Origin: an uncultured Smithella sp. | GTDB lineage: Bacteria; Desulfobacterota; Syntrophia; Syntrophales; Smithellaceae | Reading direction: 5' to 3' | Length of the DNA: 64,000 nucleotides | Assembly (NCBI GenBank): GCA_964547345.1 | Contig: CAZJMX010000005.1 | Span: forward strand, 64,678 to 128,677 | Part shown: positions 16,028 through 25,833 of the stretch, one piece after another | How positions within the stretch are numbered: position 1 is the first letter of the stretch | Layout: each line of letters starts with the position of its first letter | Program-made: the position numbers and the translations under genes | Notes under the pieces: model-generated | The model's input: the letters and a program-made list of their open reading frames with translations, nothing else | Database searches by the model: none | What the model was told of the DNA's origin: nothing

Positions 16028-16650
16028 ACGTCGGCTTGACAGGCGGTATCGCCTGTGGGAAATCGACCGTGGCGCAGATGTTTGTGCGTCTGGGCGGGCG
16101 CCTGATTGATTTCGACAAGCTTTCCCACCAGGTGCAGGAGCCGGGTCAGCCTGCCTGGCAGGATGTGGTTAACTTTTTCGGCGTGGATATCTTGCAGCCG
16201 GACCGCACCATCGACCGCAATAAACTGGCGGTAATTGTTTTTGGCGATGCCCGGAAACTTCAGGCGCTCAATGCCATCGTCCATCCGCGTGTGTATGAGG
16301 CGTGGTGTTTTCGGTTGAAGAGCATTGAGGCAGAAAACCCGCAAGCCATCGTTTTTGCGGATGTGCCGCTTTTGTTTGAAGGGCAAATGCAGCATTTGTT
16401 TGATCTGACGATTCTGGTGATGATTGAGCCTGAAGAACAGATCAAACGCCTGATGGCGCGAAACGCGATTGGCCGGGCAGATGCAGAGCTTCGGCTGTCC
16501 TCTCAGATGCCGATTCGCAATAAAGTCGGGCTGGCGGATATCGTAATCGACAATGCCTGTGCCGTTGATGAGACTGAAAAAAAAGCGGCGGATGTGTGGC
16601 GTAATTTGTTGGAACGGGAAAAAACAAAATATCACAACAAAGAACATTAA
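16021..16650 (+). CDS. coaE: Dephospho-CoA kinase
   Basis: P-loop [12 protein letters not shown] plus IVHPRV and VPLLFE. It overlaps coaX by 7 nt. Confidence 0.93.
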   Translation: MLNVGLTGGIACGKSTVAQMFVRLGGRLIDFDKLSHQVQEPGQPAWQDVVNFFGVDILQPDRTIDRNKLAVIVFGDARKLQALNAIVHPRVYEAWCFRLKSIEAENPQAIVFADVPLLFEGQMQHLFDLTILVMIEPEEQIKRLMARNAIGRADAELRLSSQMPIRNKVGLADIVIDNACAVDETEKKAADVWRNLLEREKTKYHNKEH

Positions 16651-16679
16651 AAAAATATCCAGAAAATGGAGGGAAAAAA

Positions 16680-17294
16680 ATGATTGAGAAAAATGTCAAA
16701 ACGGATTTCAGTGCAAACGTATCCGAACCGGTGATCGGTGCGGGCACCTTTGTTCACCCGCTCGCAGCCGTGATCGGCAACGTCATTCTGGGAAACAATG
16801 TCATGGTGGCTCCGACAGCCTGTGTTCGCGGCGATGAAGGCCAGCCGCTTCATGTGGGTGACGATTCCAACGTGCAAGACGGCGTGGTGATCCATGCGCT
16901 GGAAACCGAGGTGGACGGAAAGCCTGTGGAAAAAAATCAGGTGGAAGTCAATGGTAAAAAATACGCTGTGTATGTAGGCAGTCGTGTGTCGCTTGCGCAT
17001 CAGGTGCAGATTCACGGGCCGGCGGTGGTCATGGATGATACGTTTGTCGGGATGAAAGTGCTGGTCTTTAAATCTTTCGTCGGCAAAAATTGTGTGATTG
17101 AGCCGGGCGTTATTTTGATGGGCGTCAAAATTGCCGATGGCCGTTATGCCCCGGTCGGCTCGGTCATTAAAACCCAGGCCGAAGCCGACGCATTGCCGGT
17201 TATCACCGCCGATTATCCGCTCAAAGAGATGAACAAAGGCGTGCTGCATGTCAATAAGGCGCTGGCTAAAGGGTATCTGGCTCAAGCTAAATAA
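16680..17294 (+). CDS. Gamma-class carbonic anhydrase, Cam-type (left-handed beta-helix)
   Basis: Nearly colinear with Methanosarcina Cam as I recall it: VIGxVxxGxNVMVxPxAxxRxDEGxPxxVGDxSNVQDGVVxHALET...VxGKxYAVYxGxxVSLAHQxQxHGPAxV. Confidence 0.85.
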   Translation: MIEKNVKTDFSANVSEPVIGAGTFVHPLAAVIGNVILGNNVMVAPTACVRGDEGQPLHVGDDSNVQDGVVIHALETEVDGKPVEKNQVEVNGKKYAVYVGSRVSLAHQVQIHGPAVVMDDTFVGMKVLVFKSFVGKNCVIEPGVILMGVKIADGRYAPVGSVIKTQAEADALPVITADYPLKEMNKGVLHVNKALAKGYLAQAK

Positions 17295-17317
17295 AGGTCA
17301 ATTGGAGGACGAATCTA

Positions 17318-17356
17318 ACAGCCGGTTCAATCTCTTGATGAGAACCGGCTGTTTTT
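17318..17356 (+). terminator. Rho-independent terminator
   Basis: aacagccggttc...gaaccggctgtt followed by TTTT. Confidence 0.75.
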
Positions 17357-17365
17357 CGTTGCAAC

Positions 17366-18091
17366 ATGCTAGTTAAAATCAAACCTTCCCGGAAGACTCG
17401 AACGCCACGCGCGTGTTTGTCCTGCGGCACGACGGACAACATGAGGAACCGCCGCTATTGCTCAGTGAAATGCCGGCAGCACTTGCGACAGAAACTGACG
17501 ACCCGTAGCGGATTGTTGGAAGCCATCCATGCGCGTTATGCCACGTTTTATTTTACTGATGATCTGATTGTGATGGACGTTATGGTGCATGATCTCCGGG
17601 AAGTTTTCCGCTTCAGCGCCTCGCGTACAAAAGGATGCAGACCTGCCGACGATTTCGGGAAGATGGCTAACCGCCTTGGCGATGCCTGGTGGGCCGAAGA
17701 GAATCGGACGAAAAGAAAATATATGGCGTCGCGCAAGCTTCTGGATCTGGCCGAAAGACACGCGATTTCGGAAGGACTGGTGCGTCCGCGTTTAATCAGA
17801 GTGGCGACTGTGAAACCGGAATCCCTGCAATATTTGGGCATCAGCAAGGCTGAACTGGGTTCCCGTGAATTGACCAAACTCATTAAAAACGCCTACCGGC
17901 GGGAGGTGAAAGTGCATCACCCCGATACAGGCGGCCAGGCTTCAACCTTCAGAAAGCTTCATGACGCTTATCAGGAACTTCTACGCTGGGCCGACAACCC
18001 CACCTTCATCCGTCGCCGGGGTTTCCCCGATAAATGGTATTACGACAGCGCCAATCAAAAATGGATTCAGCCGATATTGGTGAGAAAATAG
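17366..18091 (+). CDS. Orphan J-domain protein with an N-terminal CxxC...CxxxC zinc-ribbon-like motif
   Basis: CLSCGTTDNMRNRRYCSVKC at the N-terminus. A C-terminal J-domain has the HPD motif (AYRREVKVHHPDTGGQASTFRKLHDAYQELL). Confidence 0.7.
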   Translation: MLVKIKPSRKTRTPRACLSCGTTDNMRNRRYCSVKCRQHLRQKLTTRSGLLEAIHARYATFYFTDDLIVMDVMVHDLREVFRFSASRTKGCRPADDFGKMANRLGDAWWAEENRTKRKYMASRKLLDLAERHAISEGLVRPRLIRVATVKPESLQYLGISKAELGSRELTKLIKNAYRREVKVHHPDTGGQASTFRKLHDAYQELLRWADNPTFIRRRGFPDKWYYDSANQKWIQPILVRK

Positions 18092-18098
18092 ACGTCAG

Positions 18099-18141
18099 GA
18101 GTGAGGGCGTTTTAGTCTATCCGCCTCACGCCTTTTATTTT
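18099..18141 (+). terminator. Probable rho-independent terminator
   Basis: gtgagggcg...cgcctcac hairpin followed by CCTTTTATTTT. Confidence 0.6.
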
Positions 18142-18218
18142 CTGCGCAATTATTAAATCCTGCGGAACTCAGTGCCCAGTGCCGTTGGATAACGTATAAT
18201 ATGTTTCGCACATTTTGA

Positions 18219-18818
18219 CTACAGGAGAGGGTGAACCTTTTTGATGTCTTCCGGTGTATTGAGATTGTGGAAGAGCCTGCCATCATTGTTGAACGGGGAA
18301 ATCTGCTCTTCGCCAATCGTCAGAACGCGCATATCCCGGTAGAATCCGGTGATCTTGAGTTTATCCATCAACAGCAACCGCTTGATGGATGGCAGGCATT
18401 TGCGTGAATAAATGGCGTGCAAGGGCTGATAGCCATAGGCAAGTTCCGGAACGATCACATCATGATGGCCTGTCTGCCCGATCAGATAAGCTATGAAATC
18501 CTCGTTTAAAAAAGGCATGTCGCAGGGACAGAAAAAAGCGTAATCATTTTTAGCGTAGAAGAGTCCTGTATAAATCCCGCACAGGGGTCCTTTTCCTTTA
18601 TAAATATCCGTTACAATCATTGCGTCGGTAAATTCGAGATAAGAGAGGGGATCATTCGTTACAATGACGATTTCTGAAAACAGCCGGCGATAAATATTCA
18701 ACGCCTTTTCAATCAGGCGGATTCCATCAATTTCCAGAAACGCCTTATTGACGCCCATGCGTGAATTTTTACCGCCTGCCAGCAGGATGCCGGTGATGAA
18801 AGGTTGGGGAGGCGTCAA
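18219..18818 (-). CDS. mobA: Molybdenum cofactor guanylyltransferase MobA
   Basis: ITGILLAGGKNSRMGVNKAFL and CPCDMPFL. Confidence 0.85.
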   Translation of the reverse strand: MTPPQPFITGILLAGGKNSRMGVNKAFLEIDGIRLIEKALNIYRRLFSEIVIVTNDPLSYLEFTDAMIVTDIYKGKGPLCGIYTGLFYAKNDYAFFCPCDMPFLNEDFIAYLIGQTGHHDVIVPELAYGYQPLHAIYSRKCLPSIKRLLLMDKLKITGFYRDMRVLTIGEEQISPFNNDGRLFHNLNTPEDIKKVHPLL

Positions 18819-18980
18819 ATTAAAAGTCTCCTTTATTCAAAATTTATTTTTCCTTACCATAAAAAGACCAATTCTTTATGCGAAAAATTTCCTTTTGGGA
18901 TATTTTCGATTGACTGTTGAAATGTAAAACTATAAAAGCCGATAATTGGAATTTTTACTAATTTAATGAGGGGGTATTTC

Positions 18981-20213
18981 ATGAGTAAGGATGTTAAGCT
19001 TTTTGGGTTGTCTGCGGAGAGTGGCAGATGGGTGTTTGTCATCTTAGGATTGATCATGTGCGTATGCCTGGGGGCGGTTTATGCTTATAGTATATTTCTG
19101 GCGCCCGTGAGGCAAGCTATGCAGGTTTCGGCATCTATGGCCAATCTGCCCTTTATGGTTTTTCTGGCTTTCTTTTCCGTGACGATGTTTTTCGGGGGCC
19201 GTGTCATGGAAAAGCTGGGACCGCGCAAGCTCAGCATCACAGGCGGTATCATTGTCGGTTTGGGCTGGCTATTGTCGAGTTTTGCCCCGAATATCTGGGT
19301 GCTGACGCTGACCTATGGTGTGATTGCCGGATCGGGCGTCGGCCTGGTTTACGGCTGTCCCGTTGCAATGGGAGCGAAATGGTTTCCGGATAAAAAAGGC
19401 CTGGCCGTTGGGCTGATTCTAGCCGGTTTCGGCGGTTCAGCGCTCATTACCGGCAAGGTCGCCAGCATTCTGTTACCTACCATTGGATTACAGTCAACCT
19501 TTATGTATTTCGGCATCGTGTTCGGCATTGTTCTGGTTATTTTAAGTTTGCCGTTCAAGTTTCCTGCTGCCGGCTGGGTTCCGGCTGGTTGGAAACCTGC
19601 GGCGGGAGCTGTTGTGGCGGCTGATTTTACTCCGGGCGAAATGGTGAAAACCAAAACATACTGGGGATTGTTTTTTTGTTTTATCATTGGCTCCATCGCG
19701 GGGTTGATGGCGATCGGTATTTCCAAGCCGGTAGGCAATGAAATTATCAAAATATCCGGTGAAACAGCAGCGACGCTGGTCGGTGTGTTCGCGATTTTCA
19801 ATGCGCTTGGACGTCCGATCTTCGGTCTTTTAACGGATAAGATCACACCCCGCAATGCCGCCATGCTGAATCTGTTTATCATTCTGGTTGTGTCGGTTCT
19901 TATGATTACGGCCAAAGAAGGAGATACTAGACTTTACACGCTGAGTTTCATCGGCTTCTGGCTGTGTCTAGGCGGCTGGCTGGCAATTGCTCCGACGGCA
20001 ACGGCCGCGTTTTTCGGTATGAAAAATTATGCGCGCAATTACGGCGTGGTCTTTTTCGCTTACGGTTTGGGCGCGATCATCGGGGGGATCATCTCCGGAC
20101 AGGCTAAAGATGTTTTCGGAACCTATACGGTCGCTTTCTACCCGACGGCTGTATTGGCGGCCGTCGGACTGGTTCTGGCGTTTGTATTGCTCAAAGCACC
20201 GCAGAAAGCTTAA
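18981..20213 (+). CDS. MFS transporter, oxalate/formate antiporter (OFA)-like family
   Basis: About 12 predicted TM segments and WFPDKKGLAVGL. The ORF is open from ATG 18966, but the gaggggg RBS favours ATG 18981. Confidence 0.8.
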   Translation: MSKDVKLFGLSAESGRWVFVILGLIMCVCLGAVYAYSIFLAPVRQAMQVSASMANLPFMVFLAFFSVTMFFGGRVMEKLGPRKLSITGGIIVGLGWLLSSFAPNIWVLTLTYGVIAGSGVGLVYGCPVAMGAKWFPDKKGLAVGLILAGFGGSALITGKVASILLPTIGLQSTFMYFGIVFGIVLVILSLPFKFPAAGWVPAGWKPAAGAVVAADFTPGEMVKTKTYWGLFFCFIIGSIAGLMAIGISKPVGNEIIKISGETAATLVGVFAIFNALGRPIFGLLTDKITPRNAAMLNLFIILVVSVLMITAKEGDTRLYTLSFIGFWLCLGGWLAIAPTATAAFFGMKNYARNYGVVFFAYGLGAIIGGIISGQAKDVFGTYTVAFYPTAVLAAVGLVLAFVLLKAPQKA

Positions 20214-20238
20214 TCGCAGATTCTTCTGTGTTCAGAAA

Positions 20239-20271
20239 TAAAAAAAGCGGGCTTTTGGCCCGCTTTTTTTA
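20239..20271. terminator. Bidirectional rho-independent terminator between convergent genes
   Basis: aaaaaaAGCGGGC-ttttg-GCCCGCTttttttt. The T-run contains the stop codon of the minus-strand gene. Confidence 0.8.
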
Positions 20272-23200
20272 TCGGATAATCTTCCGGTCGATCCCCGCAG
20301 GTTTTGCGCCCTGGCGCTCCACCATGGAATGTATGTCCCCTTTGCCTCTAAACCGTTTGACATTGAGCATGAAAATTTCCAGCTTGCTCAAAACATTGGG
20401 CGGCAGGAGATTGCCGTCGATTTCGATGGAAATGGTCGGATAATTTCTTTCTCTGGCCCAGGGCGTGTAAAGTCCTTCGATCACACGGCCGATCAGGCAG
20501 GCAAAAGGTGAAATATTTACGACGCCGGAATAGCCGTCCATCATGGCGGTTGCGGCCACGCCGCTGGAAATGCTGATTTCGGAATAAAGTTCATGGCTCA
20601 CGAAATATTTCTCCGTGTTTTTCATGATCTCTTCCATATCATGAGGCGTTTTAGGCACAAGGCCGGTCACACTCAATGTGTTGCGGATATTTTTTTCGAC
20701 ATGGTGTTTGTAGGCATGCTCGATCTTCCAGTTGATGATGTCGCGAAGTTCGCGGGCAAAGATGCGCCGATACCATGGCAGCAGGTTCAGGCGCTTTTTG
20801 AGTTCGTAGTGGCGGACAAAGTCACAATAGTAGACCCATTCTGCGACATTGGATATTTTGCCGATAATACCGTGCCGGCTGAACTGCTGGATTAACTCAT
20901 CGACGGCAAAATCGTCGCGCCGGACGTAGATTTCACCGACAATCAGAACTTTGGGGCAATCCTCCATTTTTCGGGACAGGGGGATGCGGGAAATGGACCC
21001 GGCAATTTCCCGCAGTACAGGAAGGACTTTTGTAATATCGCTCTCAGCGACGCCGATCATTTTCTGCCAGACCTGATCATAAATCCTCATCGCCTCGACC
21101 GGATCGGCGGCACAAGTCCGCAACGATGTTTCGACGTCTTTCATATAATCGCCGATGATAACCGACCACCAGGCATATTTGGAAAATTCCGATCCCAATT
21201 CATTGTAGGAATTATCCGAATCCATGGTGAAAACCACGACGTTTTCCAGACGCAGATCCTTGAAAAGATTTTCATAGAAAACAAAATACTGGCCGGTCCG
21301 GCAGGGGCCGGTGGTTGTGGGCACAAATAGAATATACGTTTCATCCTTGCGGTATTTTTCAGAGGATAAGTATTTCAGCGCGCTGCCCAATACGAGGTGC
21401 GACGGGAGGCATTCCTTGCCTGAAGCGTGATTGCGTGCCAGCTGCAAGGTGTAGATATCCGGCACCGGCATGGTTTCGGCGTTGATGCCCAGGCCCCGAA
21501 TCGTTGCGCCAATCAGTTCCGCTGAGAGCCTCCCCATGTTGGACAAAAGCAGTTTTACCCGCGGGTTATTCTTGATCGGCATCTTCTCGCCGGTGATCGT
21601 GTTTTTGATGTGAATCTCTTCATCCCGATGGTTGATGAAGCGCAAACCGTTATCGTAGCGCTCTTCGCGGATATCGTCGAGTTTGGAGCGGTAACCTTCT
21701 ATAATGTCGAGAAACGCTTCGATACGTGTATCCACCCCCGCGTCGGCTGTATGAGAATCCAACTCCAGAATGAGGAAAGGTTTGGTTCCCATCATCCATT
21801 TCAAATAGTGCAGCATGAAGGAGTCGGGCGCGCAGGAGAAGTTGGAAACGTAGGTAACGAAAATGTTGTCCTCGTTTTTCAAAAGCTTGCCGGCTTTCAT
21901 GTCCTGCTGGCCATAGTACCAATACATATTGGGGTAAATCGGTTGATCTTCAAAGGGCAGAATATCGTAGGGGATCACCGTATGTCCGCGGGATGTGTAT
22001 TTCCGGGGGATGCCCATGTTGGCGTCGGCGGTAAAGGAATTGTAAGGGCGTCCCAGAAGCGCGATGACCGGCCGCTTGGCGCGTCGGGCATCGATGAGCG
22101 CCTGTTTGCCGAGCTCAGTAAATTTGGCAAAGCATTCCATTTGTTTTTCATAGGCGACGTCAAACGCCTTTCTGGCCTCGTTTTCACCAAAACCCAAGTT
22201 TGCGGCCATCGCGATAAACGGTTCGGAAGCTTTATCCGTGCCGTACATGAAACTGACGACCGGCATTAGATATTTTTCCTCCGGAATTTCCGGAAACGCC
22301 TTCTTGATGTAATAGGGGAGGCTTTGCGTGATGGGGCAGAAATTGGCCGGCGCGTCTTTTTCATAGCTTTCCATGTCTCGGAAGTGCGGCAGGAAAATAT
22401 AGTCGATTTTCCGGTCAAAAATATCCTGAACAGCGCCGTGGGCGATTTCTGCGGGGAAACAGTAGCTGCTTTCCACGCGCGCCGCGCCTTCGGGTGATAT
22501 TTCTGTGGATACAAAGGTTTTCACGCCCAGCATGTGGAAGAACCAGGCATAAAGCGGCCAGAGCGTATAGATGGAGAAACAACGGGGGATGCCGATCACA
22601 AAGTCTTTTTTCCGGATCAAGTCTTCCGGATTCGGCGCGCATTCCTTAAAAAGAATGTCATTTCTTTTTTCAATGTAGTCGGTCACCAAGGCTTCATTGA
22701 ATTCTTTTTTCTTCCGGATATTTGCGTATTTGTTACAGCGACCGCCGAACATGTATTTATGCCCGTTGACATTGAGCATGCGGATCGGGCAGAAATTGTC
22801 GCAGGCCTTGCACTGGAATTCCTTTTCGTAGAGAATATTTGTCGCGAGGATCTGATCAATGTCGTACTCGGTTTTGGAGAGAAATCCTTCCGATATTTTT
22901 TGTTTAGCCAGAATGCCCACGCCGAAGCAGCCCATAAGTTCGGGATCGGGCGGTACGAGGATGTTTTTATCCAGAAGCATTGCGAACGCCAGGGGGACCG
23001 CCTTATTTTTTGCGACGCCGCCCTGCAGTACGATGGTTTTGCCGATGGTGCGGTTGCCCACGACGCGGTTTAAGTAGTTCGATACAATGGATGTGACGAT
23101 GCCTGCCGTGATGTCTTCGCGGGATGCGCCCTGCTGAACGGCATTGCGGATATCGGAGTTGATAAAGGCGGAGCAGTGTTCACCGAACTTCAGCGGCTCT

Positions 23201-24579
23201 TTTGCGGCAAGTGCGATATCGCCGATAAGCGCAGCTTCGGAAATGTTCAGATCGCCCTGTGCCGATTCTTCCAGAAACGATCCGGTTCCCGCGGAGCAGG
23301 CTTCGTTCATGGCGTAATCAATCGGAACCTTGTTTTTCAGCGAAACATATTTGGCGTCCTGGCCGCCGATCTCAAAGATCGTGTCGATATCGTCGCGGTA
23401 AAAAGTGGTGCCGACGGCATGGGCGATGATTTCGTTGTACACGGCGGGTGTTTCCAGAAAAACGCCGAGAATTTCTCGCGATGATCCGGTTGTGGCGGCC
23501 AAGGTGATTTTGATTTGCCCGTCCCCGATATCTTCATGGATTTGTTTTTTTATTTCCTGAAGGCAGTTTTTCAGCGAGGCGACGGGATCCCCGTGTGTGC
23601 GTCCGTAAAAAGAGGCGGTGATCTCGTTTGTTTCCATGTCGATCAGACAGGCTTTTGTTGTGGTGGACCCGCCGTCCACGCCGAGAATGTATTCCCGGCA
23701 GGCTTTGACTTTGCCTTTTCGGGACGGCAGATAGGTGACTTTGCCCTGGGCGGTTTGCAGGCTTTTGAATCTTTTAAACTGAATTCGGCTACTTTTGAAG
23801 AGCGCCTCGGAAGTCGGCAGACTGCTGCCGGACGATTCCGCCAGAAGCGCCGCGCCGTAGGCCTCGAAATAAGGCGCCTGTTCGGGTACGATAAACTCGA
23901 TCTGCGGGACGCGTTCGCGGATAAATTTCAGAATATAAGGATTCTGCGTAACGCCGCCCACCAGCAATACTTTGCCTTTCTCAACTCTGGCTCTTTTGAG
24001 AAAGTCGGCGACTTTGATGGCCATGACATCGCTTAAGGATAAAACGATATCGCCGGTTCTTGCCTCGCCTTTGTTCAGACGATGGGTGCAGTCGCTCTTC
24101 ATGAAGACGGAGCAGCGCGAAGAGAGCTTGAACACGCGACAGTCTTCGGGAAGATGGCTGATATCGGCAAGCTTCATGTTCATCCGCGCCAGCTGCTGTT
24201 TGAAAAATTCTCCCGTTCCTGACGCACATTTGTTGCCTGAAAAACTTGTGACAATTTTTTTGTTTGGATCGATTGTGTAAACGACAAGATCTTCGCCTCC
24301 CAGAGAAACCAGCGCATCCACCTGATACGGCAGATTGCGCAATGCTTCTTCAACGCAAAGGGGTTCGATCACACTGTTGATGTTTAAAAGATGACGGCCC
24401 TCCGTGCCCGTGGCCAGTGTTCTGACTGCGGGGGGGGCGGCATGAGATGCCAATACCTTTTTGAGTGTGTCTAGGAAATTTCCTTCATGCGGTTCCACTG
24501 CGTTCCATATCACGCTGTTTCCGTCAAGCAGGGCAACTTTGATGTTTGAAGCTCCAATATTAATTCCCAGGCTGTGCAT
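20269..24579 (-). CDS. Giant fused protein: two BcrAD/BadFG (HgdC-like) activase ATPase domains plus DUF2229 / dehydratase-D-component-like domains (acyl-CoA dehydratase activase-related)
   Basis: Two ASKHA modules, each keeping the cluster-ligand cysteine pair. The first has NKCASGTGEFF / SRCSVFMKSD and the second NEACSAGTGSFLE / EHCSAFINSD. Downstream motifs are IGIPRCFSIYTLWP..., LLGRPYNS... and VGEIYVRRDD.... The likely start is ATG 24579 (AAGGGAG RBS), although the ORF is open to TTG 24639. Confidence 0.85.
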   Translation of the reverse strand: MHSLGINIGASNIKVALLDGNSVIWNAVEPHEGNFLDTLKKVLASHAAPPAVRTLATGTEGRHLLNINSVIEPLCVEEALRNLPYQVDALVSLGGEDLVVYTIDPNKKIVTSFSGNKCASGTGEFFKQQLARMNMKLADISHLPEDCRVFKLSSRCSVFMKSDCTHRLNKGEARTGDIVLSLSDVMAIKVADFLKRARVEKGKVLLVGGVTQNPYILKFIRERVPQIEFIVPEQAPYFEAYGAALLAESSGSSLPTSEALFKSSRIQFKRFKSLQTAQGKVTYLPSRKGKVKACREYILGVDGGSTTTKACLIDMETNEITASFYGRTHGDPVASLKNCLQEIKKQIHEDIGDGQIKITLAATTGSSREILGVFLETPAVYNEIIAHAVGTTFYRDDIDTIFEIGGQDAKYVSLKNKVPIDYAMNEACSAGTGSFLEESAQGDLNISEAALIGDIALAAKEPLKFGEHCSAFINSDIRNAVQQGASREDITAGIVTSIVSNYLNRVVGNRTIGKTIVLQGGVAKNKAVPLAFAMLLDKNILVPPDPELMGCFGVGILAKQKISEGFLSKTEYDIDQILATNILYEKEFQCKACDNFCPIRMLNVNGHKYMFGGRCNKYANIRKKKEFNEALVTDYIEKRNDILFKECAPNPEDLIRKKDFVIGIPRCFSIYTLWPLYAWFFHMLGVKTFVSTEISPEGAARVESSYCFPAEIAHGAVQDIFDRKIDYIFLPHFRDMESYEKDAPANFCPITQSLPYYIKKAFPEIPEEKYLMPVVSFMYGTDKASEPFIAMAANLGFGENEARKAFDVAYEKQMECFAKFTELGKQALIDARRAKRPVIALLGRPYNSFTADANMGIPRKYTSRGHTVIPYDILPFEDQPIYPNMYWYYGQQDMKAGKLLKNEDNIFVTYVSNFSCAPDSFMLHYLKWMMGTKPFLILELDSHTADAGVDTRIEAFLDIIEGYRSKLDDIREERYDNGLRFINHRDEEIHIKNTITGEKMPIKNNPRVKLLLSNMGRLSAELIGATIRGLGINAETMPVPDIYTLQLARNHASGKECLPSHLVLGSALKYLSSEKYRKDETYILFVPTTTGPCRTGQYFVFYENLFKDLRLENVVVFTMDSDNSYNELGSEFSKYAWWSVIIGDYMKDVETSLRTCAADPVEAMRIYDQVWQKMIGVAESDITKVLPVLREIAGSISRIPLSRKMEDCPKVLIVGEIYVRRDDFAVDELIQQFSRHGIIGKISNVAEWVYYCDFVRHYELKKRLNLLPWYRRIFARELRDIINWKIEHAYKHHVEKNIRNTLSVTGLVPKTPHDMEEIMKNTEKYFVSHELYSEISISSGVAATAMMDGYSGVVNISPFACLIGRVIEGLYTPWARERNYPTISIEIDGNLLPPNVLSKLEIFMLNVKRFRGKGDIHSMVERQGAKPAGIDRKIIR

Positions 24580-24695
24580 AAAAAACTCCCTTAAATAAAA
24601 ATCCGAATGATCAATATTACGATTAGTCCTGATCGTCAAGTATCAGATCATGTAGAGTTGAAAATATTCGGCAAGATGAGGAATTTGCTGATGAA

Positions 24696-24735
24696 AAGAA
24701 AAACAGCCGACGGCAGTTGCCGTCGGCTGTTTTTA
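24696..24735. terminator. Bidirectional rho-independent terminator (ends the atpZ-atpI-atpB transcript on the minus strand)
   Basis: An 11-bp stem (cagccgacggc-agtt-gccgtcggctg) flanked by an A-run and a T-run. Confidence 0.8.
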
Positions 24736-24780
24736 TGTGTGATTTAAAAATTCATTTGCCCGGCAGGCTGATCTTTTATT

Positions 24781-25434
24781 TTAATGACCCTCTTCCATGG
24801 CGCCGCCGATGTACATCATTGCGAGCAGCATGAAAACCAGTGTTTGAACGACGGAGGTGAAAATCATTAAAAACATAATGGGTAGCGGAACAATGAGCGG
24901 TACCAACAGGAGCACAACCAGCAAAACGATATCTTCACCGGCGATGTTTCCGAAAAGACGGAATGTCAAGGACAGGGGCCGTGACAAATGACTGATGATT
25001 TCAATGGGCAGCATCAGGGGAATCAGCCACCAGACCGGGCCTAGGAACTGTTTGAAATACTTGAGTCCGTGGGTCATCACACCGACAATATGAGTCGAGA
25101 AGAATACAACCAGCGCCATGGCTGCATTGGTGTTGATGTTTGCCGTTGGCGATTCGAAACCAGGAACAATGCCAATCAGATTGGATGTCAGAATGAAAAT
25201 GCCGATCGTCGCAATCAGGGGGAAAAACTTTTTCCCGTGATGCCCCATCGTCTCGATGAGCAATCCATGAAGGCCATCTACAATCACTTCCATAACATTT
25301 TGCAGGCGGCCCGGGTAAACCTGAAGATTTCGGGTTGCCAGAAATGAAAGCAACGCCAGCAGGGCGACTACAAACCACGTATAAGTTACGTGGCCGGGAA
25401 CATAGTGATTTTCCAGAAACAGTAGAGGGTGCAT
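24781..25434 (-). CDS. atpB: F0F1 ATP synthase subunit a
   Basis: The conserved [15 protein letters not shown] (essential Arg) region and 5-6 TM helices. Confidence 0.93.
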   Translation of the reverse strand: MHPLLFLENHYVPGHVTYTWFVVALLALLSFLATRNLQVYPGRLQNVMEVIVDGLHGLLIETMGHHGKKFFPLIATIGIFILTSNLIGIVPGFESPTANINTNAAMALVVFFSTHIVGVMTHGLKYFKQFLGPVWWLIPLMLPIEIISHLSRPLSLTFRLFGNIAGEDIVLLVVLLLVPLIVPLPIMFLMIFTSVVQTLVFMLLAMMYIGGAMEEGH

Positions 25435-25437
25435 ACT

Positions 25438-25833
25438 CTAAAGAACCTCCTCAATAAAGTTTTTTTTTGCCAGGGCTGTGATCATCGTGACAACAATATT
25501 GATCACCACCACGGAAAGTCCGAGAATCAGGCCGATGATGTTAACGGTATCGGCGGATATCAATAAAAACAATACGACAGCGGTCAGCGCCAGACGGATG
25601 TAATACTTGATCATGGTTGGTCTTTTGACATTGCCGGATGGGTCCTTAAAAAGACCTCGCAACCCGAACTCCATGCCGTAAAAATTAAGAATGCTGATGA
25701 AGCCGCCCAGAAGAACGCCTAAAGAAAACTTAAAGGGTGCAAAAATGAACGAAGGGATAAAGAGGATTGCCAGAATGATCCAGTTGGCAATCTCAAGTCT
25801 TTTTTGGAGCGGGTCTTTGGCGATGAGGTTCAC
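25438..25833 (-). CDS. atpI: ATP synthase protein I (AtpI)
   Basis: A small 4-TM protein immediately upstream of atpB. GTG start. Confidence 0.7.
   Translation of the reverse strand: MNLIAKDPLQKRLEIANWIILAILFIPSFIFAPFKFSLGVLLGGFISILNFYGMEFGLRGLFKDPSGNVKRPTMIKYYIRLALTAVVLFLLISADTVNIIGLILGLSVVVINIVVTMITALAKKNFIEEVL

Noticed and set aside
18966-18980. An upstream ATG extending the MFS transporter by 5 codons. There are similar 5' extensions in the ORF track for the activase (to 24639), FAD protein (36195), PilY1 (42181), ArgS (45485), SPOR protein (47216), KH protein (49794), RsmI (55686) and the delta ferredoxin (35596).
   Set aside because: In each case a downstream start has a better-placed Shine-Dalgarno sequence, matches the conserved N-terminus of the family, or both. 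The extensions add non-conserved residues or collide with divergent promoters.
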